Source: Nemertoderma westbladi
Taxonomy: Eukaryota > Animalia > Xenacoelomorpha
Assembly (NCBI GenBank): GCA_032718475.1
Contig: JAUCBJ010007042.1
Span: 50,814-114,813 of the forward strand
Direction: 5' to 3'
Length of the DNA: 64,000 nt
Below are positions 46,701 to 61,700 of the stretch, piece by piece (position 1 is the first letter of the stretch; each line of letters starts with the position of its first letter). The position numbers were made by a program, and so were the translations under genes. Below the pieces are notes generated by a model. The model saw only the letters and a program-made list of their open reading frames with translations. It ran no database searches and had not been told where the DNA came from.

Positions 46701-49700
46701 GACTGAACTTGGTAGGCATCTACTACAGCATAGGCTATATCTTTACTGAGTCGCGCAGAGTTGTCTACAGTACCCGCGTATGCCGCTAGAGGGCGAAATG
46801 TATGAAAGTTAACATATTCTCCAACTTTGTTATTTACAATCCTTTTATACTGGAACTTGGTAGGCATCTACTATAGCTTAGGCCATATCTTTGCAGAGTA
46901 GTAGAGTCGTCTACAGTTCCACAGTCAGCCGCTAGAGGGCGAATTGTCTGATAGTGAAAACCTCATCCCATTTGGTTCTTTTTAATCATTTTGAGCTGAA
47001 ACTTGGCAGGTATCTACTACATCATAGGCTGTATCTTTACGGAGTTGCAGAGTCCTATACACTTCCCCAGTCTACCGCTAGAGGGTGAAATGTCTGAAAG
47101 TTAACATCTTCTCCAACTTTGTTATTTACAAACGGTTTAGACTGAAACTTGGTAGGCATCTACTATAGCATAGGCTATATCTTTGCGGAGTAGTAGAGTC
47201 GTCTACAGTTCCACAGTCAGCCGCTAGAGGGCGAATTGTCTGATAGTGAAAACCTCATCCCATTTGGTTCTTTTTAATCATTTTGAGCTGAAACTTGGTT
47301 GGTATCTACTACATCATAGGCTGTATCTTTACGGGGTTGCAGAATTTATTCACTTCCCCAGTCTACCGCTAGAGGGTGAAATGTCTGAAAGTTAACATCT
47401 TCTACAACTTTGTTATTTACTAACGGTTTAGACTGAAACTTGGTAGGCATCTACTACAGCATAGGCTGTACCTTTACGGAGTCACAGCGTTGTATACAGT
47501 CCCCCCATCTTCCGCTAGAGGGCGACATATCTGATAGTGAACACCTCATCCCATTTGGTTCTTTTTAATTCTATTGAGCTGGAACTTGGCAGGAATCTAC
47601 TACAGCATATTCTGTATCTTTACGGAGTCCCAGAGTCGTCTACAGTTCTTCAGTCTACCGCTAGAGGGTGAAATGTCTGAATGTGAACATCTACACCAAT
47701 TTTGTTATTTACAATCTGTTTAAGCTGAAACTTGAAAGGCAGGCATTTTACTTCACCATAAACCCCATCTTTACCAAACTGCAGCGCCGTCTGCATTTCA
47801 CCAGTCCGCAGGTAGAGGGTGGATCTGAAAGTGATCATTTTCTGGAAATTTTGTTATTTACAATCTGCCTAAAGTTGAAACTTGACAGTTATATCTTATG
47901 GGGGTGGTGTTTTATTTAATGATGGTGTCTATTCCGTATGCAGTTCTCAAATCTCCCACACATATTCATATATCATCTGCACGTGCACTAGAAAGCTGTG
48001 GCCCGAAGGGCCACAGGCTTTCTAGTCTATATATATAAATATCATGTGTCTGTCTGTCTGTTTGTCTGTCCAAGCTATACGTTTCTACACACAAGCACCA
48101 ATCTGAGCTCGCGATACATCGAACGAAAGCTCTCGTCACGAGCACGTGCACTGTCGCTATCTCGAGTCTTATTTTACGCGTTTGTTTGCGTGAATGCAGA
48201 TTTCGTGAATTTGGTACCGGTAGCACAGTAGGCCTAGCAGTTCATTCTGTAGGAAACTCTATAACAGCGGTTGCACCATCAGAATAAATCTGTTCTAAAT
48301 GATACTTTGCAGATACGTTCCTGACCATAGACTGTGTGTTTGGGAAGACACTGATCAATCTGCAGTTTTCCAGTCTGCCGCTAGGGGGCGAAATGTCAGA
48401 AACTGAAAACCTTCTCCCATTTCGTTATTATTAATGCCTTTTAGCTGATACGTGGCAGAGGTCTACTACACCATAGGCTGTGTGTTTTCGGAGGATGCTG
48501 ACCAATCTGCAATTCCCCAGTCTGCCGCTAGGGGGAGCAATATCTGAAAGTGATAACCTTATCCCATTTCGTTGTTTATAATGCTTTTTTGCTGATACTT
48601 GGCAGAAGTCAACTACACCATAGACTGCGTGTTTGTAGAGAACTCTGAATAATCTGAAATTCCTCTGTCTGCCGGTAGGGGGCGCAATGTCTGAAAGTGA
48701 AAACCTTCACCCATTTCGTTGTTTATACTGCTTTTTTGCTGATACTTGGCAGAGGTCTACTACACCAAGACTACGTGTTTGTGGAGGAGCTAGAACCAGT
48801 CTGCATTTCTCCAGTCTACCGCTAGGGGGCCAAATGTCTGAAAGTGAAAACCGTATCCCATTTCGTTATTAATAATGCTTTTAGGCTGACACTTGGCAGA
48901 TTTGTATTACACCATAGGGTGTGTGTCTAGGTAAGACGCCGAACAAACTGCAGTTCTCCATTTGGCCGCTAGGGGGCGAAATGTCTGAACGTGAAAACCT
49001 TATCCCATTTTGATGTTTATAATGTTTTTAGGCTGATACTTGTCAGAGGTCTACTACATCAAAGACTGCGTGTTTGTGGAGAACTAAGACCAATTTGCAA
49101 TAGCTTTGTCTGCCGCTAGGGGGCGCAATGTCTGAAAGTGAAAACCTTTATGCATTTCATTGTTTATAATGCTTTTTTGTTGATACTCGACAGAGGTCTG
49201 CTACACCATAGACTGTGTGTTTGGCGAGGAGTTAGAACCAGTCTGCATTTATCCAGTCTACCACTAGGGGGCCAAATTTCTGAAAGTGAAAACCTTATCC
49301 CATTTCGTTATTAATATGCTTTCAGGCTGACACTTGCCAGATGTGTAATACACCATAGGGTGTGTGTCTAGGTAAGACGCCGAACAAACTGCAGTTCTCC
49401 ATTCGGCCGCTAGGGGCCGAAATGTCTGAAAGTGAAAACCTTATCCCGTTTCGTTGTTTCTAATGCTTTTAGGCTGATAATTGTCAGAGGTCTACTACAC
49501 CATAGACTGCGTGTTTGTGGAAAACTCTCACCAATCTGCGATTTCTCAGTCTGCCGCTAGAGGGTGAAATGTCTCAAGTGAAATCCTTCTCCCATTTCGT
49601 TGTTTCTAATGCTTTTTTGCTTATACTTGGGAAAGGCATGCTTGACCATAGGCTGTTTGTATGGGGATAACGCTAACCAGTCTACGGATTTCCAGTCTAC

Positions 49701-52700
49701 TGCTAGGGTGCGAAATATCTGAATCTGAAAAGTAAAAACATTCTCACATTTATTTATTAAAAATGCTTTTACGCTTATAATTGTCAGAGGTCTACTGTAC
49801 TACATCATAAGGCTGCATCTATGTGAAAGACGTTGACCAGTGTAGATATCTGAAAAAGTAAAACAGCATCAGTCTTTTGTTTGCGAGAACACTCTCAATC
49901 ATATGAAGTTTTGTTAAGTTAATTAATTAATTAATGTTTGGAATGGTGAATAGGCTTGTGAACTAGAAAGCCGTGGCCCGAAGGGCCACTGGCTTTCTAG
50001 TCTATCTATATATATAAATATCCTCTGTCTGTCTGTGAGTCTGTCCAAGCTATACGCTCCGACACACATGCACCAATCTGAGCAAATGATACATCGATCG
50101 AAAGCTCTCGTCCTGAGCACGTAAACTATCGCAATCTCGAGGCTAATTTTACGCGTTTGCTTGCGTGAATGCGTATTTTGTGTTCGTTCGGGCGAAATGT
50201 ATCGAATTATTTCGGTTCTTCTATCGGTAATTAATGATTTAGATGGGTAACATTCATCCCATCTGGTATAAAATTAACATGAGTAGATTCGCCGTGTCCC
50301 ATTCTCACAAAGTATTTATTTTATTCGAGTGTTTAATATAAATATGTATGATTATTTATTGATTAAAAATCAAATAGTGTATAAATATGTCATATTCGCC
50401 AAGCAGGATCGAATTGGCCTATAGTTATTGAATAGGGAAGGATTGTTTTCTGTATCATAGCAACGTTAAGGTAATTATTGAACTCGCAGCTAGCTGGCTG
50501 GGCACAGATAAGGAGCAAGCAGGCTGGAGTGTTGATTGGGGTGGGTTTGGGTTGTCTGTTGCGAATTGCTCAGAGTAATTCTGCTTTCTCAATCATTGGC
50601 TGCATGGAAGGAGAGGTTTATAACATTTTTGTTTTACTGTTATGAATATTAAAAGTAAAATAATTATTTCTGTAGGCCTATACTTACTGTATTATTATTT
50701 TATCTAATATTATACATCTAATCTCGATGAAATCTCGCTTACTATAGCTCGTTAGATAGGTCTCGCCCTAACTCGTTGCAACGTAATACTCAGAGCCGCC
50801 TGAAGTTCCCCCATCTGCCGCTAGAGGGCGAATTGTCCGATAGTGAAAACCTGATCTCATTGGGTTGTTTTTAATGCTTTTGAGCTGAAACTTGGTAGCT
50901 ATATACTGCAGCATAGGCTGTATATTTCCGGAGTCACTGAGTTGTCCACAGTTCCCCAGTCTACCGTTAGAGGGCTAAATGTCTGAGAGTTAACATCTTC
51001 TCCAACTTTGTTATTTATAATCCATTTAGACTGAACTTGGTAGGCATCTACTACAGCATAGGCTATATCTTTACTGAGTCGCGCAGAGTTGTCTACATTA
51101 CCCGCGTCTGCCGCTAGAGGGCGAAATGTATGAAAGTTAACATCTCCTCCAACTTTGTTATTTACAATCCTTTTAGACTGAAACTTGGTAGGCATCTACT
51201 ACAGCATAGGCTGTACCTTTACGGAGTTACAGAGTTGTATACAGTCCCCCCATCTGCCGCTAGAGGGCGACATATCTGATAGTGAACACCTCATCCCATT
51301 TGGTTCTTTTTAATCATTTTGAGCTGAAACTTGGTTGGTATCTACTACATCATAGGCTGTATCTTTACGGGGTTGCAGAATCCTATTCACTTCCCCAGTC
51401 TACCGCTAGAGGGTGAAATGTCTGAAAGTTAACATCTTCTCCAACTTTGTTATTTACTAACGGTTTAGACTGAAACTTGGTAGGCATCTACTACAGCATA
51501 GGCTGTACCTTTACGGAGTCACAGAGTTGTATACAGTCCCCCCATCTGCCGCTAGAGGGCGACATATCTGATAGTGAACACCTCATCCCATTTGGTTCTT
51601 TTTAATCCTATTGAGCTGGAACTTGGCAAGAATCTACTACAGCATATTCTGTATCTTTACGGAGTCCCAGAGTCGTCCACAGTTCTTCAGTCTACCGCTA
51701 GAGGGTGAAATGTCTGAATGTGAACATCTACATCAATTTTGTTATTGACAATCTGTTTAAGCTGAAACTTGAAAGGCAGGCATTTTACTTCACCATAAAC
51801 CCCATCTTTACCAAACTGCAGCGCCGTCTGCATTTCACCAGTCCGCAGGTAGAGGGTGGATCTGAAAGTGATCATTTTCTGGAAATTTTGTTATTTACAA
51901 TCTGCCTAAAGTTGAAACTTGACAGTTATCTCTTATGGGGGTGGTGTTTTATTTAATGATGGTGTCTGTTCCGTATGCAGTTCTCAAATCTCCCACACAT
52001 ATTCATATATCATCTGCACGAGCACTAGAAAGCTGTGGCCCGAAGGGCCACAGGCTTTCTAGTCTATATATATAAATATCATGTGTCTGTCTGTCTGTTT
52101 GTTTGTCTGTCCAAGCTATACGTTTCTACACACAAGCACCAATCGGAGCTCGCGATACATCGAACGAAAGCTCTCGTCACGAGCACGTGCACTGTCGCTA
52201 TCTCGAGTCTTATTTTACGCGTTTGTTTGCGTGAATGCAGATTTCGTGAATTTGGTACCGGTAGCGCAGTAGGCCTAGCAGTTTATTCTGTAGTAGGAAA
52301 CTCTATAACAGCGGTTGCACCATCAGACCTAATCTGTTCTAAATGATACTTTGCAGATACGTTCCTGACCATAGACTGTGTGTTTGGAAAGACACTGATC
52401 AATCTGCAGTTCTCCACTCTGCCGCTAGGGGGCGAAATGTCAGAAACTGAAAACCTTCTCCCATTTCGTTATTATTAATGCCTTTTAGCTGATACGTGGC
52501 AGAGGTCTACTACACCATAGGCTGTGTGTTTTCGGAGGATGCTGACCAATCTGCAATTCCCCAGTCTGCCGCTAGGGGGAGCAATATCTGAAAGTGAAAA
52601 CCTTATCCCATTTCGTTGTTTATAATGCTTTTTTGCTGATACTTGGCAGAAGTCGACTACACCATAGACTGCGTGTTTGTAGAGAACTCTGAATAATCTG

Positions 52701-55700
52701 AAATTCCTCTGTCTGCCGGTTGGGGGCGCAATGTCTGAAAGTGAAAACCTTCACCCATTTCGTTGTTTATACTGCTTTTTTGCTGATACTTGGCAGAGGT
52801 CTACTACACCAAGACTGCGTGTTTGGGGAGGAGCTAGAACCAGTCTGCATTTCTCCAGTCTACCGCTAGGGGGCCAAATGTCTGAAAGTGAAAACCTTAT
52901 CCCATTTCGTTATTAATAATGATTTTAGGCTGACACTTGGCAGATTTGTATTACACCATAGGGTGTGTGTCTAGGTAAGACGCCGAACAAACTGCAGTTC
53001 TCCATTTGGCCGCTAGGGGGCGAAATGTCTGAACGTGAAAACCTTATCCCATTTTGATGTTTATAATGTTTTTAGGCTGATACTTGTCAGAGGTCTACTA
53101 CATCAAAGACTGCGTGTTTGTGGAGAACTAAGACCAATTTGCAATAGCTCTGTCTGCCGCTAGGGGGAGAAATATCTGAAAGTGAAAACCTTATCCTATT
53201 TCGTTATTAATAATGCTTTTAGGCTGACACTTGGCAGATGTGTATTACACCATATGTTGTGTGTCTGTGGAGGACGCCCAACTACCTGCAGTTCTCCATT
53301 CGGCCGCTAGGGGGCGAAATATCTGAAAGTGTAAACCTTATCCCATTTCGTTGTTTATAATGCTTTTAGGCTGATACTTGGCAGAGGTCTACTACACCAT
53401 AGACTGCGTGATTGTGGAGAACTCTGACCAATCTGCAATTCCTCTGTCTGCCACTAGGGGGCCAAATGTCTGAAAGTGAAAACCTTATCCCATTTCGTTA
53501 TTAATAATGCTTTTAGGCTGACACTTGGCAGATGTGTATTGCACCATATGGTGTGTGTCTGTGGAGGACGCCCAACTACCTGGAGTTCTCCATTCGGCCA
53601 CTAAGGGGCGAAATATCTGAAAGTGAAAACCTTATCCCATTTCCTTGTTTATAATTCTTATAGGCTGGTACTTGGCAGAGGTCTACTACACCATAGGCTG
53701 CGTGTTTGTGGAGAACTCTGACCAATCTGCAATTCCTCTGTCTGCCACTAGGAGGCCAAATGTCTGAAAGTGAAAACCTTATCCCATTTCGTTATTAATA
53801 ATGCTTTTAGGCTGACACTTGGCAGATGTGTATTACACCATAGGCTGTGTGTCTGAAGAGGACGCCGAACAACCTGCAGTTCTCTATTCGGCCGCTAGGG
53901 GGCGAAATGTCTGAACGTGAAAACCTTATACCATTTCGTTGTTTATAATACTTTTAGGCTGATACTTGGCAGAGGTCTACAACACCATAGGCCGCGTGTT
54001 TATGGAGAACTCAGACAAATCTGCAATTCTTCTGTCTGCCACTAGGGGGCGCAATGTCTGAAAGTGAAAACCTTTATGCATTTCATTGTTTATAATGCTT
54101 TTTTGCTGATACTTGGCAGAGGTCTACTACACCATACAGCGTGTTTGGGGAGGAGCTAGAATCAGTCTGCATTTCTCCAGTCTACCGCTAGGGGGCCAAA
54201 TGTCTAAAAGTGAAAACCTTATCCCATTTCGTTATTAATATGATTTCAGGCTGACACTTGCCAGATGTGTAGTACACCATAGGGTGTGTGTCTAGGTAAG
54301 ACGCCGAACAAACTGCAGTTCTCCATTCGGCCGCTAGGGGGCGAAATGTCTGAAAGTGAAAACCTTATCCCGTTTCGTTGTTTCTAATGCTTTTAGGCTG
54401 GTACTTGTCAGAGGTCTACTACACCATAAACTGCGTGTTTGTGGAAAACTCTGACCAATCTGCAATTTCTCAGTCTGCCGCTAGAGGGTGAAATGTCTCA
54501 AGTGAAATCCTTCTCCCATTTCGTTGTTTCTAATGCTTTTTTGCTTATACTGTACTTGGGAAAGGCATGCTTGACCATAGGCTGTTTGTATGGGGAGGAC
54601 GCTAACCAGTCTGCGGATTTCCAGTCTACTGCTAGGGTGCGAAAAATCTGAATCTGAAAAGTAAAAACATTCTCACATTTATTTATTAAAAATGCTTTTA
54701 CGCTGATAATTGTCAGAGGTCTACTGTACTACATCATAAGGCTGCATCTATGTGAAGGACGTTGACCAGTGTAGATATCTGAAAAGTAAAACAGCATCAG
54801 TCCTTTTGTTTGAGAGAAAACTCTCAATCATTATGAAGTTTTGTTAAGTTAATTAATTAATTAATGTTTGGAATGGTGAATAGACTTGTGAACTAGAAAG
54901 CCGTGGCCCGAAGGGCCACTGGCTTTCTAGTCTATATATATAAATATCATGTGTCTGTCTGTTTGTTTGTCTGTCCAAGCTATACGTTTCTACACACAAG
55001 CACCAATCTGAGCTCGCGATACATCGAACGAAAGCTCTCGTCACGAGCACGTGCACTGTCGCTATCTCGAGTCTTATTTTACGCGTTCGTTTGCGTGAAT
55101 GCAGATTTCGTGAATTTGGTACCGGTAGCGCAGTAGGCCTAGCAGTTCATTCTGTCACTCTACACGTTGTGTCTCGACTGAACTCTATGCAACTTTATAA
55201 TGCGCATCTACGTGATGCTTTAGAAAGGTATCACCCTAACTCGTGGCAACGTTATACTCAGAGCCGTCTGAAGTTCCCCTGTCTGCCGCTAGAGGGCGAA
55301 TTGTCCGATAGTGAAAACCTGATCTCATTTGGTTGTTTTTAATGCTTTTGAGCTGAAACTTGGTAGCTATCTACTGCAGCATAGGCTGTATATTTTCGGA
55401 GTCACTGAGTTGTCTACAGTTCCCCAGTCTACCGCTAGAGGGCTAAATGTCTGAAAGTTAACATCTACAACTTTATTATTTACAATCCTTTTAGACTGAA
55501 ATTTGGTAGGCATCTACTACAGCATAGACTATATCTTTGCAGAGTCGTAGAGTCGTCTACAGTTCCACAGTCAGCCGCTAGAGGGCGAATTGTCGGATAG
55601 TGAAAACCTCATCCCATTTGGTTCTTTTTAATCCCTTTGTTCTGAAACTTCGCAGGTATCTACTACAGCATAGGCTGTATCTTTACGGAGTTGCAGAGTC

Positions 55701-58700
55701 CTATACAGTTCCCCAGTCTACCGCTAGGGGGTGAAATGTCTGAAAGTTAACATATTCTCCAACTTTGTTATTTACAATCGGTTTAGACTGAAACTTGGTA
55801 GGCATCTACTACAGCATAGACTATATCTTTGCAGAGTCGTAGAGTCGTCTACAGTTTCACAGTCAACCGCTAGAGGGCGAATTGTCGGATAGTGAAAACC
55901 TCATCCCATTTGGTTATTTTTAATCCTTTTGAGCTGAAACTTGGCAGGTATCTACTACAGCATAGGCTGTATCTTTATGGAGTTGCAGAGTCCTATACAG
56001 TTCCCCAGTCTACCGCTAGAGGGTGAGATGTCTGAAAGTTAACATATTCTCCAACTTTGTTATTTACAATCCTTTTAGACTGAAACTTGGTAGGCATCTA
56101 CTATAGCATAGACTATATATTTTCAGAGTCGTAGAGTTGTCTACAGTTCCACAGTCAGCCGCTAGAGGGCAATTTCTCAGTCAGCCGCTAGAGGGCAATT
56201 TCTCAGTCTACCGCTAGAGGGTGAAATGTCTCAGTGAAATCCTTCTCCCATTTCGTTGTTTCTAATGCTTTTTTGCATATACTGTACTTGGGAAAGGAAT
56301 GCTTGACCATAGGCTGTTTGTATGGGGAGGACGCTAACCAGTTTGCGGATTTCCAGTCTACTGCTAGGGTGCGAAATATCTGAATCTGAACAGTAAAAAC
56401 ATTCTCACATTTATTTATTAAAAATGCTTTTACGCTGATAGTTGTCAGAGGTCTGCTGTACTACATCATAAGGCTGCATCTATGTGAAGGACGTTGACCA
56501 GTGTACAGTAGATATCTGAAAAGTAAAACAGCATCAGTCCTTTTGTTTGAGAGAACACTCTCAATCATATGAAGTTTTGTTAAGTTAATTAATTAATTAA
56601 TGTTTGGAATGGTTAATAGGCTTGTGAACTAGAAAGCCGTGGCCCGAAGGGCCACTGGCTTTCTAGTCTATATATATAAATATCATGTGTCTGTCTGTCT
56701 GTCTGTCTGTTTGTTTGTCTGTCCAAGCTATACGTTTCTACACACAAGCACCAATCTGAGCTCGCGATACATCGAACGAAAGCTCTCGTCACGAGCACGT
56801 GCACTGTCGCTATCTCGAGTCTTATTTTACGCGTTTGTTTGCGTGAATGCAGATTTCGTGAATTTGGTACCGGTAGCGCAGTAGGCCTAGCAGTTCATTC
56901 TGTCACTCTACATGACTACATGTTGGGTCTCGACTATTATGCTACATTTTGATGCGCATCTACGTGATGCAGACTGCCCCGAGTACATGGACGCGAAACG
57001 TCGTTATATCGAGGCGAATTATATGCATCATTTATGTGTGAATGCGTATTTGTGGTCAAATTGGGCTATTATTCCATAACCATTTTCAGCCAAATTTGTC
57101 AACCAGCAGGAAACTCTATAACAGCGGTTGCACCATCAGACTCTATCTGTTCTAAATGATACTTTGCAGATACGTTCCTGACCATAGACTGTGTGTTTGG
57201 GAAGACACGGATCAATCTGCAGTTCTCCAGTCTGCCGCTAGGGGGCGAAATGTCAGAAACTGAAAACCTTCTCCCATTTCGTTATTATTAATGCCTTTTA
57301 GCTGATACGTGGCAGAGGTCTACTACACCAAAGGCTGTGTGTTTTCGGTGGATGCTGACCAATCTGCAATTCCCCAGTCTGCCGCTAGGGGGAGCAATAT
57401 CTGAAAGTGAAAACCTTATCCCATTTCATTGTTTATAATGCTTTTTTGCTGATACTTGGCAGAAGTCGACTACACCATAGACTGCGTGTTTGTAGAGAAC
57501 TCTGAATAATCTGAAATTCCTCTGTCTGCCGTTAGGGGGCGCAATGTCTGAAAGTGAAAACCTTCACCCATTTCGTTGTTTATACTGCTTTTTTGCTGAT
57601 ACTTGGCAGAGGTCTACTACACCAAGACTGCGTGTTTGGGGAGGAGCTAGAACCAGTCTGCATTTCTCCAGTCTACCGCTAGGGGGCCAAATGTCTGAAA
57701 GTGAAAACCTTATCCCATTTCGTTATTAATAATGCTTTTAGGCTGACACTTGGCAGATTTGTATTACACCATAGGGTGTGTGTCTAGGTAAGATGCCGAA
57801 CAACTGCAGTTCTCCATTTGGCCGCTAGGGGGCGAAATGTCTGAACGTGAAAACCTTATCCCATTTTGATGTTTATAATGTTTTTAGGCTGATACTTGTC
57901 AGAGGTCTACTACATCAAAGACTGCGTGTTTGTGGAGAACTAAGACCAATTTGCAATAGCTCTGTCTGCCGCTAGGGGGCGCAATGTCTGAAAGTGAAAA
58001 CCTTTATGCATTTCATTGTTTATAATGCTTTTTTGCTGATACTCGACAGAGGTCTACTACACCATAAACTGTGTGTTTGGGGAGGAGTTAGAACCAGTCT
58101 GCATTTATCAGGTCTACCGCTAGGGGGCCAAATGTCTGAAAGTGAAAACCTTATCCCATTTCGTTATTAATATGCTTTCAGGCTGACACTTGCCAGATGT
58201 GTAATACACCATAGGGTGTGTGTCTAGGTAAGACGCCGAACAAACTGCTGTTCTCCATTCGGCTGCTAGGGGCCGAAATGTCTGAAATTGAAAACCTTAT
58301 CCCGTTTCGTTGTTTCTAATGCTTTTAGGCTGATAATTGTCAGAGGTCTACTACACCATAGACTGTGTGTTTGTGGAAAACTCTGACCAATCTGCAATTT
58401 CTCAGTCTGCAGCTACAGTGTGAAATGTCTCAAGTGAAATCCTTCTCCCATTTCGTTGTTTCTAATGCTTTTTTGCTTATACTTGGGAAAGGTATGCTTG
58501 ACCATAGGCTGTTTGTATGGGGAGGACGCTAACCAGTCTCCGGATTTCCAGTCTACTGCTAGGGTGCGAAATATCTGAATCTGAAAAGTAAAAACATTCT
58601 CACATTTATTTATTAAAAATGCTTTTACGCTTATAATTGTCAGAGGTGTACTGTACTACATCATAAGGCTGCATCTATGTGAAGGACGTTGACCAGTGTA

Positions 58701-61700
58701 GATATCTGAAAAAGTAAAACAGCATCAGTCTTTTGTTTGAGAGAACACTCTCAATCATATGAAGTTTTGTTAAGTTAATTAATTAATTAATGTTTGGAAT
58801 GGCGAATAGGCTTGTGAACTAGAAAGCCGTGGCCCGAAGGGCCACTGGCTTTCTAGTCTATATATATAAATATCATGTGTCTGTCTGTCTGTCTGTTTGT
58901 TTGTCTGTCCAAGCTATACGTTTCTACACACAAGCACCAATCTGAGCTCGCGATACATCGAACGAAAGCTCTCGTCACGAGCACGTGCACTGTCGCTATC
59001 TCGAGTCTTATTTTACGCGTTTGTTTGCGTGAATGCAGATTTCGTGAATTTGGTACCGGTAGCGCAGTAGGCCTAGCAGTTCATTCTGTAGGAAACTCTA
59101 TAACAGCGGTTGCACCATCAGACTCAATCTGTTCTAAATGATACTTTGCAGATACGTTCCTGACCATAGACTGTGTGTTTGGGAAGACACTGATCAATCT
59201 GCAGTTCTCCAGTCTGCCGCTAGGGGGCGAAATGTCAGAAACTGAAAACCTTCTCCCATTTCGTTATTATTAATGCCTTTTAGCTGATACGTGGCAGAGG
59301 TCTACTACACCATAGGCTGTGTGTTTTCGGAGGATGCTGACAAATCTGCAATTCCCCAGTCTGCCGCTAGGGGGAGCAATATCTGAAAGTGAAAACCTTA
59401 TCCCATTTCGTTGTTTATAATGCTTTTTTGCTGATACTTGGCAGAAGTCGACTACACCATAGACTGCGTGTTTGTAGAGAACTCTGAATAATCTGAAATT
59501 CACCTGTCTGCCGGTAGGGGGCGCAATGTCTGAAAGTGAAAACCTTCACCCATTTCGTTGTTTATACTGCTTTTTTGCTGATACTTGGCAGAGGTCTACT
59601 ACACTAAGACTGCGTGTTTGGGGAAGAGCTAGAACCAGTCTGCATTTCTCCAGTCTACCGCTAGGGGGCCAAATGTCTGAAAGTGAAAACCTTATCCCAT
59701 TTCGTTATTAATAATGCTTTTAGGCTGACACTTGGCAGATTTGTATTACACCATAGGGTGTGTGTCTAGGTAAGACGCCGAACAAACTGCAGTTCTCCAT
59801 TTGGCCGCTAGGGGGCGAAATGTCTGAACGTGAAAACCTTATCCCGTTTCGTTGTTTCTAATGTTTTTAGGCTGATACTTGTCAGAGGTCTACTACATCA
59901 AAGACTGCGTGTTTGTGGAGAACTAAGACCAATTTGCAATAGCTCTGTCTGCCGCTAGGGGGCGCAATGTCTGAAAGTTAAAACATTTATGCATTTCATT
60001 GTTTATAATGCTTTTTTGCTGATACTCGACAGAGGTCTACTACACCATAGACTGTGTGTTTGGGGAGGAGTTAGAACCAGTCTGCATTTATCCAGTCTAC
60101 CGCTAGGGGGCCAAATGTCTGAAAGTGAAAACCATATCCCATTTCGTTATTAATATGCTTTCAGGCTGACACTTGCCAGATGTGTAATACACCATAGGGT
60201 GTGTGTCTAGGTAAGACGCCGAACAAACTGCAGTTCGCCATTCGGCCGCTAGGGGCCGAAATGTCTGAAAGTGAAAACCTTATCCCGTTTCGTTGTTTCT
60301 AATGCTTTTAGGCTGATAATTGTCAGAGGTATACTACACCATAGACTGCGTGTTTGTGGAAAACTCTGACCAATCTGCAATTTCTCAGTCTGCCGCTAGA
60401 GGGTGAAATGTCTCAAGTGAAATCCTTCTCCCATTTCGTTGTTTCTAATGCTTTTTTGCTTATACTTGGGAAAGGTATGCTTGACCATAGGCTGTTTGTA
60501 TGGGGAGGACGCTAACCAGTCTCCGGATTTCCAGTCTACTGCTAGGGTGCGAAATATCTGAATCTGAAAAGTAAAAACATTCTCACATTTATTTATTAAA
60601 AATGCTTTTACGCTTATAATTGTCAGAGGTCTACTGTACTACATCATAATGCTGCGCTGCATCTATGTGAAGGATGTTGACCAGTGCAGATATCTGAAAA
60701 AGTAAAACAGCATCAGTCTTTTCTTTGAGAGAACATTCTCAATCATATGAAGTTTTGTTAAGTTAATTAATTAATTCATGTTTGGAATGGTGAATAGGCT
60801 TGTGAACTAGAAAGCCGTGGCCCGAAGGCCCACTGGCTTTCTAGTCTATATATATAAATATCATGTGTCTGTCTGTCTGTCTGTCTGTTTGTTTGTCTGT
60901 CCAAGCTATACGTTTCTACACACAAGCACCAATCGGAGCTCGCGATACATCGAACGAAAGCTCTCGTCACGAGCACGTGCACTGTCGCTATCTCGAGTGT
61001 TATTTTACGCGTTTGTTTGCGTGAATGCAGATTTCGTGAATTTGGTACCGGTAGCGCAGTAGGCCTAGCAGTTCATTCTGTCACTCTACATGTTGGGTCT
61101 CGACTATTATGCTACTTTTTGATACCAGACTTAATCTGTTCTAAATGATACTTTGCAGATCTGTTCCCGACCATAGACTGTGTGTTTGGGAGGACACTGA
61201 TCAATCTACAGTTCTCCAGTCTGCCGCTAGGGGGCGAAATATCCGAAACTGAAAACATCTCCCATTTCGTTATTATTAAAGCCTTTTAGCTGATACATGG
61301 CAGAGGTCTTCTACACCATAGGCTGTGTGTTTGGGGAGGATGCTGACCAATCTGCAATTCCCCAGTCTGCCGCTAGGGGGAGAAATATCTGAAAGTGAAA
61401 ACCTTATCCCATCTCTTTGTTTATAATGCTTTTTTGCTGATACTTGGCAGAGGTCTACTACACCATACAGCGTGTTTGGGGAGGAGCTAGAATCAGTCTG
61501 CATTTCTCCAGTCTACCGCTAGGGGGCCAAATGTCTGAAAGTGAAAACCTTATCCCATTGCGTTATTAATAATGCTTTTAGGCTGACACTTGGCAGATGT
61601 GTATTACACCATATGGTGTGTGTCTGTGGAGGACGCCCAACTACCTGCAGTTCTCCATTCGGCCGCTAGGGGGCGAAATATCTGAAAGTGAAAACCTTAT

